Assembly (NCBI RefSeq): GCF_006345805.1
Contig: NC_043010.1
Span: 44,454,001-44,518,000 of the forward strand
Direction of reading: 5' to 3'
DNA from: Octopus sinensis
Lineage: Eukaryota
DNA: 64,000 bases
Of the stretch, positions 37,311 to 47,673 are shown one piece after another. The translations under genes were made by a program, and so were the position numbers. Below the pieces are notes generated by a model. It did not search any database. It had not been told where the DNA came from and worked only from the letters and a program-made list of their open reading frames with translations. The stretch's first letter is position 1. Each line of letters starts with the position of its first letter.

Positions 37311-38353
37311 CTCATGATGATGGTGATATTAGAAGGTGAGGATGAGGCAGATGGTAAAAAGAAGCAGAGAGATTGTTTATAGAAATGATGGTGGTCACAG
37401 TAGTAGTGAGGGTGGTGAAAGGGAATGGATAGAACCCAATATAAGTGAAATAGCAATGATTTGATATTATAATACCACCTCAAAGGTCAAATAACTTGCA
37501 GTCATTTTCATGTATATTTGCACAGTACGCATAATTCTTTGTACCTATTAGTCAAGTACAGGTGGCAGAACTGCTGATTATATTATCAGAGCAAAGTATA
37601 TGAGAAGGTGGGGTGAGCAACAGGGAAAAATAATGAAACAGAACAGAGTAGTAAAGGTTAAGGTGATGGCTATTGTAAAGTGCAATGGGATTTGGAATGA
37701 TCTATAATTAACAAAGTAAACTTCTGGCATTGCTAGTTGTTGTAATGACAGCGATGATGGTAAGCAATCCTAGAGCTGCCAGTGGTTGTTGTGTTGTTAG
37801 TGGTTGGTGGTAGGTGTAGTGAACACTTTTGATGCTGCAAGTGGTTGTAGAGGTAGTGATGGTAAGCAGTTCTGGTTCTGCTACAAGTTGTAATGGTGGT
37901 GATGGCAGTAAATAGTTCTTGTGCTGTTAATGGCTATACTGGTAGTGATGGTGAACAAAAATTGAAGATAATGTTGTTTAATTTCAGTTTAATTCTGATC
38001 CATAAATTTATTAAACTATTCCATCCATGGCCATATCTCTCTCTTTATTTTTTAGAAATAATGTACTAAGTAGCAAATTATTTAATATGTCCATCTTTTA
38101 AGATGGCAGGGAAATTTGGCTGCTATATCCAGCAGATCAAATGACAAAGTAGAGGCTCCTTTATTTGGTTTGTTGTTATTGGTAGTGATGGAGGTGCTAA
38201 TGAGATTATACAAAACACACACACACACACTACTTCCGTTACACTGACATATAATACTGCACATGTCACGAGACTCGTAATTCTAATAGTTGCCCAATCA
38301 CTACACATTCTCACACAAACATTATGTAATCTACTCCCATCAGTTTTTGATAC

Positions 38354-38411
38354 CTGATAACAACTCCTTATACATAGTATCATATGTCAGTGAATCTATA
38401 CATAAATATTT
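38354..38411 (-). CDS. candidate exon (KYLCIDSLTYDTMYKELLS)
   Basis: Acceptor ttttctgtctctgtgtgtttag and donor cag|gtatca; 58 nt. Phase does not join directly to 33669-33742. Confidence 0.25.
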
Positions 38412-38700
38412 CTAAACACACAGAGACAGAAAATGTAAACAGAAAATAGGTATATGCCTCTAGCAGATGCAAGGCCATCTTGAAGGCTAAAGTTCTGTTT
38501 CTCTTTCATGGAGTAAATAAAGAAGTTCTATGGATGAGAAATAAATCTTCTTATGAAAAGAATTCTTTTTTTAAAAATTTATTTATGCAAGTAACATTCC
38601 ACAAAAAGCTGGTATCAATCCATCTCTCTTTGCATCACTTCTCACATAAATCAGCAAGAGAAACCTCAATACAATCACTCAAACTTCATATAATAATAAT

Positions 38701-38731
<31 letters not shown>

Positions 38732-38734
<3 letters not shown>

Positions 38735-39015
38735 GCAGAAATTCAAAAGATAGTGCTCATGGGAACTGCTCATATCCTACGCAAAATACTTTCTATGTAA
38801 TCTCAGGGTTTAAAACAAACATAATTTTCATTTTTTTTTTTTGAACATTCACTAGTACAACACCAAAAAAAACAAAAAACAAATATATGGCACACTCGGC
38901 ATAACAACAACATGAACTTCCAACCTGTTGTCTCTTGAGGTCTCTGGGTGAGACTTGGAGCCAACTTGTACAAATATAAAGCAAAAGTCAAACATGGAAT
39001 AATAATAATAATAAT
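38732..39015 (+). mobile_element. very short R4/Dong-like 3' end embedded in (AAT)n
   Basis: AEIQKIVLMGTAHILRKILSM* is a typical R4-clade C-terminus; AAT runs at 38690-38733 and 38998-39015. Confidence 0.75.
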
Positions 39016-39477
39016 TAGACAAGGTGTTATGGCACCGAATGCCAGATATAGTAGCCTTTAAGAGGGACAAGCAAGAGTGCCTGATAACTAACATGGCAGT
39101 GCCAGGAGATCAACATATCGTGAAAGAAAGAGAAAATATCGACAGATATGGAGACCTGAAAATTAGGATTGCCAAAATGTGGCAGCTGTGAGAGTCAAAA
39201 ATAAAGGTTGTTCCTGTTGTCATCGGAGCTTTGGGTTCAATACCACTTAAGCTGAAGAAACATTTGGACATTTCAGAAATACCCTGCAATCTTGGTGTAT
39301 TGCAAAAAATCAGCTTTATTTGAAACTGCACACATATTGCATAAAGCACTGTCTGTCTGAGGTCTTTGTTGTGACTTGACAGACAGTACAAATCCCTGGT
39401 ACACACAATATCTTCAATCTACAACATCACAATATCAGATACTGTGCAACATCTTCTATAATAATAATAATAATAAT
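39016..39477 (+). mobile_element. 5'-truncated R4/Dong-like element (RLE domain), same subfamily as 20081-20818
   Basis: MPDIVAFKRDKQECLITNMAVPGDQHIVKERENIDRYGDLKIRIAKMW...VVPVVIGALGSIP; (ATA)n tail at 39458-39477. Confidence 0.85.
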
Positions 39478-39830
39478 CTTTTCTACTGAAGGCACAAGGC
39501 CTGAAATTTGGGTGGGGGGGACTAGTCGATTACATCGACTCCAGAGCATAACTGGTACTTAATTTATTTACCCTGAAAGGATGAAAGGCAAAGTTGACCT
39601 TGGCAGAATTTGAACCCAGAACGTAGCGACAGGCAAAATACCTATTTCTTTACTACCCACATTTAGTCAATTATATCGACCCCAGTGCGTAACTGGTAAC
39701 TAATTTATCGACCCTGAAAGGATGAAAGGCAAAGTCAACCTCGGTAGAATTTGAACCCAGAACATAATGGCAGACGAAATACCGCTAAGCATTTTGCCCG
39801 GCGAGCTAACGATTCTGCCAGCTCGCCACC
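39462..39830 (-). mobile_element. tandem or dimeric SINE family B
   Basis: Two successive copies of aaaggatgaaaggcaaagt(t/c)(g/a)acct...aatttgaacccagaac at about 39577 and 39717. Confidence 0.8.
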
Positions 39831-40127
39831 TCAAATAATAATGATAATAATAAAAAACAAAGACACATACAAAAATGATAGGATCATCAAAACATTAAGA
39901 AAGCTATTTGAGAAAGAGCTCCTAAAGAAAGGAAAGGAAATCCAAAAGCACTATTGAAATTTACCAGAGCTAAATCAATAGGCATCAAATAGGTGATTTT
40001 TATAAGAATCAGAATAATTTATATTCTAAGAAAGCTGAACAAAAAGCTGACATAAATGAAAATTTCAACAGAAGGATTCAGATGATGATACTTGCTTAGA
40101 TAATAAGGAGTTTAGGTTTCCTATAAA

Positions 40128-40350
40128 ATACATTTGTATTAGAGAAAAGAAAATTAGGAAATTACTTAAAGATTTAAGATGTATAACATCAATTCCTGTA
40201 AATTTGCTTATCTTAGACAATTGTCAGTTCTACACATAAAAGAGAGACTAGAGTAACACAGAAAACTACAAACCTGTGAGCAAAACATCAATTTCATGGA
40301 AAAGATTATTAAGAAACAATGGATCTTATGATTTTTTTTACCAGCAAATA

Positions 40351-40392
<42 letters not shown>

Positions 40393-40568
40393 TCATCATC
40401 ATCATCGTTTAACGTCCGTTCTCCATGTAGTTTTCTGTGTTACTCTAGTCTCTCTTTTATATGTAGAACTGACAATTGTCTAAGATAAGCAAATTTACAG
40501 GAATTGATGTTATACATCTTAAATCTTTAAGTAATTTCCTAATTTTCTTTTCTCTAATACAAATGTAT
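40128..40568. repeat. 143-bp near-perfect inverted duplication with 155-bp spacer
   Basis: 40128-40270 equals the reverse complement of 40426-40568 with 1 mismatch. Confidence 0.9.
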
Positions 40569-40984
40569 ATATATAAAATGTACTGTTCCATGATGGTAAG
40601 GTCAACAAAAGTATTCCATCTGGTGAGAGATAAATATTATTCAGTAGACACAATACATGTTTTTATGTGCTACTAATAGTTTCTTGTGCTGAGAACATGC
40701 CAAAGTTTTATAACATGTCTGACATCTTGACATAGTCATCAGGCACAGCCCACATGGCATAGCAAACTAAAAATTGAGTGAGAATAAACAAGAAAAAGCA
40801 AGATGGAAGTATATAGAAAAAGTGGAAAGTTTATATATATTTAATTTGGTAATTCAATTACATTACAATTATTAAGAGTAATTCAGGAATGGACAGAAAA
40901 TATGGATAAAGGAATGAAAGCAAACTGCATTTTCAAAAATAGTAGCATGCATGAATAAGGTAAAAGTTTATTGTACTAATGATC

Positions 40985-42730
40985 AGATATTGAAGTGGAT
41001 TGAAGACTTTCTCAATGATAGAAAACAAGTGAGAGCAAAAGAAAGTAAATTAAAATGACACATGACAGTAGGAACTCCTCATGCATCAGTATTGGAATCA
41101 CTCCCATCCTTAGTATTTATCAATGATCTATTGGTAAATGTTATCAAAAACATGTGCCTTTTTGCAGATGATGGCTAAGATTTTATAAATGACAACTAAA
41201 GTGAAAAACTATGCTAAATTGCAAGAAAATTTCCAGAAAATGCAAAACTGAAGCAAAAACTGGCTGTTAACTTCCTCTACAAAGCTCAAGTGTAACCTAC
41301 AGTGGAGTACTGCTCTCTCAATTGGATTCATGCTGTGCATACAAACATCCTAGATCACATTCAGAAAAGAGACACCTGATTGATTGGCATAAAGTTACTC
41401 ACAGACACATTCCAGCTACTTCTCTTTGCCTTGTCTGCAGCTCCTCAGAACTGGGTGGACTCAAGCATTCCTGACCCACTAAGATTTCCTGTTCTCATCA
41501 CCCCTGATATGTCCAACTTCCCACAGGCTCCAAACTAATCACTATGCCCCATCCTTCTTTCCTAGGATATCAGTCCTCTGAAACTCTCTTGCCCTTCTTG
41601 TGTCTTTCCTGAAGATGTTAACTTGTAATGGTTCAAAAGAAACATTAATAGCATCAATCTCATCAGTCTCAGAGGGTCTACAAAGGCTCTAGGTACTGCT
41701 TGTTTCTCTAGCCCCAATAAAGAAACAAAAGAAAATCCTGACAAATGCAAATATCTTCATACAGAGAGAACACTGAGGGAATGAGATATTAGCTGTCACA
41801 AATTCAGAAAGCAAATGAAGAAAAGAGCTTCAGATTAAATTAGATAAAAAATAATTAAATAACTAAATGAATAAATAACTGAAATTTGGAAAACTAGAAA
41901 GACAAATATAATGATGGGTATAATAAAACAAAAACATTTTTACACCCGTATAAATGTATGGTAAGATCCCATTTAGATTATGCAACTACAATCTAGAATT
42001 CTTACAATAAAAAGAACTTGTGGGAAAAATTGAATCAGTACAAAGAACTACTGAACACCTAGCTGGATGGAAAAATCTGATGTAACTAGAGAGGCTGACA
42101 AAACTGAAAACTACAAAGCTTAAGCTACAAAGTTGGAGATGGAGTGGATATACTGGAAATATACTAAATGGTAAACAGATACTATGAAAGGGATTTATGT
42201 AATTTTATTCACCTCTGGAATAAGACCTCAGATGAATGTAGAACAAAGGAACACGGTAAAATGACTATACCCAAGAACTACAAATCAAAAAGGGCTGATA
42301 TGAGTTGTTTTCCCTTTCAAATTTTGTTTTTCTTCATATTTTTTTTAATAGAAAAGAAAGTACTTCTAAACTGAGAAAGTCAAGTTTAGTATTCTGTTTC
42401 CATTTATATAACACCATAATAATGAAGGGAGACGATTCTAGACTGACAGCAGTAAAGGCTACCTTCTTCTATCATAGTTCAATATTTCTCATGGAACCAG
42501 CAGACAAAGTGGGAAAGGCATTGCTCCAGAGGGTAGTGAGGAAGATGCACTGGAACTGCCACTCTGACTCATGGGGTTCATACTTGCGGACAGCAATCTC
42601 CATCCCGATAGCGGTGAGCAGAAATAATCAAACTAGGGGAATAGCTTGGAATAATTTAACAGGAATAGTAGCAGCTGAAAGCATGAATATATTTAGAAAA
42701 TTGGTTGGACAAACAATAGGAGCAATTAGA
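40985..42730 (+). mobile_element. fragmented CR1-clade LINE relics
   Basis: ILKWIEDFLNDRK...VFINDLLVNVIKNMCLFADD; YKCMVRSHLDYA; AWNNL...IVAAESMNIFRK; interrupted by other sequence. Confidence 0.7.
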
Positions 42731-44105
42731 AATAGAATACATTAATTTTAGAGTGGACATGGTCTGGTGCACCACCCCACCAAAATAAATTAGGAATCTG
42801 ATACAGAAATTTATTATTATATCTGGACTGGGCATTCAATTATGAGTTCAATTTTACAAGCAGGAAAAGTCACCTGAAATAGACTAGTGTACTATTAAGG
42901 AGACATTTGGCGTCTATCTACTTAAAATCCTGGAAACCAAAAATAAGAACCAGTTTATAGAGGTACTTGAAAGGAAATTTAGGAAATGTATTATATTTGA
43001 AAGTCAAATCCTTGCTTGCTGGCTGTCTAGATCTCTCTCTCTCTTTCCACTTCTTAAAATGATGGGATGAGAGATGGGAAAGATAGATGAATTTACTGCA
43101 AAACTAGTTCTATGAGTATAGCTGTGGTCTTTATAGCAGCCTACTGACATTAAACAAATATACACCACAGAGATTCATTTGTTGAAAATTAAACGACTAA
43201 GTATGCATACAGGTTAGAATAAATAAATAAATAAATAAATAGATAATCAAAAATTATTAACTAAATTTGCTATTAATGTTCGATTAAATAAAAGTAAAAT
43301 ACATAACGTAACTAAATGGTTATAGTTTGATTCCGGTCATGGAATTGGAGATAAAATATATTAGCTAGAATTCATGTTTAAGCTGCTAGCTGTAAACATT
43401 TACGTAAACAGGTTGTTATAATCAGCTGCGCAAAATGCTGCCGATACAAAATACTTTGAAGCTGGTGGAATGTGCGTAGGTCTTTGGCACAAAACCAAAC
43501 AGAAGAGAATCAAGTGACAAATATTAAAAGTAGAAATAAACTGCTTAGTAATTAACAAAAAGAAAACGAATAAGTCTGAGACGAGGGTGAGTTGCGTGGA
43601 TATCTTTTTGCAACTATTCTCATGAAGGCTTTGTACTAAGACCAGACGCTCTGGAGTTCTTCCGAAATGTTATGGATATTCCTGGTTCTAGAGTCGCTAA
43701 GAGGTCGCTTTTGAGGAAAAAGGGATAACATATTGATAATAAAGTTTGCAAACAAAGGGATTTTGCTTTCTGTTTTTGTTTCGATAGAAACTCTTATCAG
43801 CATTATACTTTATTAAGGATGCGTGGAGGAACCAACCAACATCGCAGCTCCGTTAAAAATCTGTGAGATGTCTTTGAGCAAGTGTGATTATATAAATATG
43901 TCTGCGCTTATCTGCCAAGACAGAAGTATCAGTATCCCGTTGTGACAGTTTAGTCATGAAAGAAAAACACCTGTCTCTTGCATTTTCCTTCTCTTTCAAT
44001 TAAAAATTTCGAAAATTTTCTTCGTCAATTTGTTGAATCCTATTACCACACCTATTTCCTACTAATATAGGAGTCTCTATATGCGGTTGTTCGACCTTTA
44101 AAATT

Positions 44106-44466
44106 CTTCGCTTGTTTCAGTCACTGGACTGCAACCATACTGGGGCAGCACCTCAAAGGGCTTAGTCGAACAAGTTGACACCAGTACTTATTTTAAGTAT
44201 AGTACTTATTCTATCGGTCTGTTTTGCCGAACCGCTAAATTACAGGGACGTAAACAAACCATCATCGGTTATCAAGCGGTGTGAGGTGGGGGACAAACAC
44301 AAAAACATATGCGAAAGGCTTCCACGCAGTTTTTGTCTACCAAATTCACTCATAAGAAATTGGTTGTCTCGAGGCTATAGTAGAAGACACTTGCTCAAGC
44401 AGTAGGACTGAACCCGAAACTACGTGGTTGAAAACCGAGTTTCATAACCATAGAGCCATGCTCGCG
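44106..44466 (-). mobile_element. SINE family A, CpG-retaining
   Basis: Reverse complement of family A; ORF 44175-44405 is its antisense reading. Confidence 0.8.
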
Positions 44467-45109
44467 TCTACTAGATGTAGCTGATAAATCTCCTTAAAAT
44501 CGCAATATTCTACATTGAATAAAGGGTAGATTACTCAATGCAATCCCGAATATATTTTAAAAAGGCTGGTCACAACTAGAATAATTGTGACCGTTCGATC
44601 AAGGCCGGTCTGGGGTTATATAACAGTCATTACATCTATTCTCCGCAAAACCAGCAGGTTTCATTCAGCGTCCTAAGGTAATTTATAACTCACTACCTAT
44701 CATTTACGCCTTTCTATAAATATTGTCCCCACTTCTCCCTCGTTACCATACTCAACATAACAATTCGCGTCAGCCGAAACAAAAATCACGCTGCTTCTGG
44801 TTTACGCTTTCCAAACTATAATGAAAGTTCCAATTACACGAAGCATAACTCCACATCATCACAGCCGTCTTTCCATAGTTCCACTCTTGAGGAAGCAGGT
44901 CAATCTAGGAACATAGCCTTTCATCACGCAATCAACAAAGTAGTGTCATCGCACATTAACAACATTTGCAATATTCAATTAAATGTTCCTCTAAATTCAG
45001 TAACGATTCCTACCAGCCATTCTTTCTATTTATAACAAATAGTGCACTGTATTAAAAAAAATAGTGAGGAGGGAGGATAAATCTACACTCGTGTGTGTCA
45101 TTGATATAC

Positions 45110-45170
45110 ACTTCATGACTAATCACTTTCTGGTGTGTAGTACACACCAGAAAGTGATTAGTCGTGAAGT
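45110..45170. repeat. 61-bp palindrome (30-bp arms, 1-nt spacer, 1 mismatch)
   Basis: acttcatgactaatcactttctggtgtgta-g-tacacaccagaaagtgattagtcgtgaagt. Confidence 0.9.
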
Positions 45171-45225
45171 TTTCAATTTTCAAGAAAAGGAGTTGACTCT
45201 CTACAAGGTAATATTTGAGAAGTGA

Positions 45226-45362
45226 AAGGACGGTGAACTGGCAGAAACGTTAGCACGCCGGACGAAATGCTTAGCGACATTTCGTCCGTTTTCACGTTCT
45301 GAGTTCAAATTCCGCCGAGGTCGAGTTTGCCTTTCATTCTTTTCGAGAGCAATAAAATACGA
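45226..45362 (+). mobile_element. SINE family B 5' part, all CpGs intact
   Basis: ggtgaactggcagaaacgttagcacgccggacgaaatgcttagcgacatttcg...ttccgccgaggtcgag. Confidence 0.85.
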
Positions 45363-47444
45363 ACCAACGAATCCAGGTAAGAAAAGTCACAGGGGTTTTG
45401 TCCAGATCCCATAAATTGTGACTTTATTTCCGGCCGCCATAAATTAATTGACTCTCTTTCCTAGACAAAATTGTGACTTTATTACCGGTCACCATACAAT
45501 ACAGTAAATTCAAAAGCACTCTTCTCGAGCATTTCCCAAAGTTAGTCGATCTGTTGATTGACTTACTGAGAGAAGGTGATTTTTTTTTCAGTCACATGTT
45601 GTCGACTTACGACCACAATTGGTTCCAACTGACTGGTCGTAAGTCGGCTTACATAGCTTTGTTTTATATTTTTACATTCTTAAGGTACATTCTCAGGTAA
45701 AAGTCACACACAGCATTCTGTATTATACTATTATACTAGCGTTAGTCAAAAATTTCGGAGTCTCAAGCAGCCGTCTTATAAACAAATACGAGGTTGCTTC
45801 GATGTCTCCGTGATAGGATAGTCATCCAACACAGTGACGATTGATAACCAAACATACAGGAAGCGTTTGTTAGCTGACAAGATCCGTAGACGGGTTAATT
45901 TCTAAGAAATTAAACCTATTAGATTTCAACTGGACTACTTAATATCGTAAAATCGATCGGTCGACGACCTGTATATATTAACATTATATATATTATAAGA
46001 TTGTGTGCAAGGGTGAGGGTAGAATTTCGCTCGGCTGAACTTATTGGAGTTAGCTCCCTCTGATTTTTTAAAGACTTGTTTAAACATTCCTTTGTCTATT
46101 CGAGCTGATCGAAGTTTTCCAACTCATTATATTACATATACAGAACCCTTTTGTAAAAGAAACGTGACTTTTCACACACAAAAAGTAGCCATATTTTGCT
46201 ATACAGGTAAACTGATGTGTTTCAAACGGTCAAAGAAAAACCCGCGGAAAATTTGGACGCCTCACGCCTTTAACTACTCGACTATTTTGCTTCTCAAAAC
46301 AAGGAGATCCACTTTCTTCTATTATCTGACTAAAAAATATATATATACTGCTTTGACAAGATAGTAGTAAAGGAAATACAATTACCCAATTGTATTTCCT
46401 TTACATTTGGTATGTGCAGATAGAATTGTAAAGTTTTCTAAGCATTTTTTAACCTTCCTTTTCAATCTTTGTCTTGTAACCTCTGATATTGACACCTAAC
46501 TATATACATCATACTGTTCAAAGTTTGTTCGAAGCCATGCGCAATTGTAAAATGTAATTATGAATTCACCCAAGCCATAAAGAAACTTTTAGCATGAATA
46601 TGGGATCAGTATGTTCATAAACGAAATTTCTATTTCCGCAGTATCCTGGGACACAATGCAACGTTGGTAACATCAACCTGCCAGCAGGTACCAAAAGAAA
46701 AACCCACAGCATAAAGCATAACTTTAGATGAGAGAAGATACTAATTTATCTTATGCAATATGGAATGATAACGTAAATCCTGTTCCTAGCAGTTGTGGAA
46801 GCATGTTGAATTAAATATACTGTCGAAATGCATAAGGAAATGTTTACTGAATTTACAAAAGCGGGCATTCGAGCAAGATGTATATTGCCACAATCAATTC
46901 ATCCTTAGTTTTCCATTTAAATCTCAGCAAGATTGATGACTTAAAAATAGGTGCGTTATGCAGCAATTCTTAAACTGACAAATGCCAGGGTCTTGCGCAT
47001 AATCGCAATAATGTACTACGGTGGTTGGTTCAAATCCTCTCAATAAATTATAATCTTAGAAACAATTCGTTATGAAAAAGAACATTGTACGTGGGGGAAA
47101 ATGAATTATTACATTTATATATATCCATACATATTAAGCTTGAACGACGTTAGATATAGTTTACTATATACGCAAGAGTACACGCGCACGGCTCAAATTC
47201 CTTAGATTATCTTTTAATACAGCCAACTTTCTGCCAAATTAGTCTTTCTGTAACGCTTTTTCGTTCTCTGTGTGTGTAAGGAGTTCCTGCAGAACTACTA
47301 ATAAATGATAAAGGAATAACACACCTTATATCAATTTGAAATCAACGTTGTTTAGCTCCAGGTAAACAACGATCGAGCATAGACAGATTGTTCTGCCCGT
47401 GACCAACCTGTCTTATTATTATCATTTTTTTTAGAGTTCTTGTG

Positions 47445-47498
<54 letters not shown>

Positions 47499-47641
47499 TT
47501 TTTTTTTCCAGAAAAGTTCGTATGTGCACGCATGAGTGTATGTGTGTGAATGTGATACAGAGATAAGATTTGTCGAGCAGGCAAATCATGAAAGACGTTC
47601 CAACCGTAGCGGTCATGTCGCGGTGTGTGTGTGTGTGTATG

Positions 47642-47673
<32 letters not shown>

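Noticed and set aside
44175-44405. ORF with a signal-peptide-like start (MTPVLILSIVLILSVCFAEP)
   Set aside because: It lies entirely within the antisense strand of a family A SINE.
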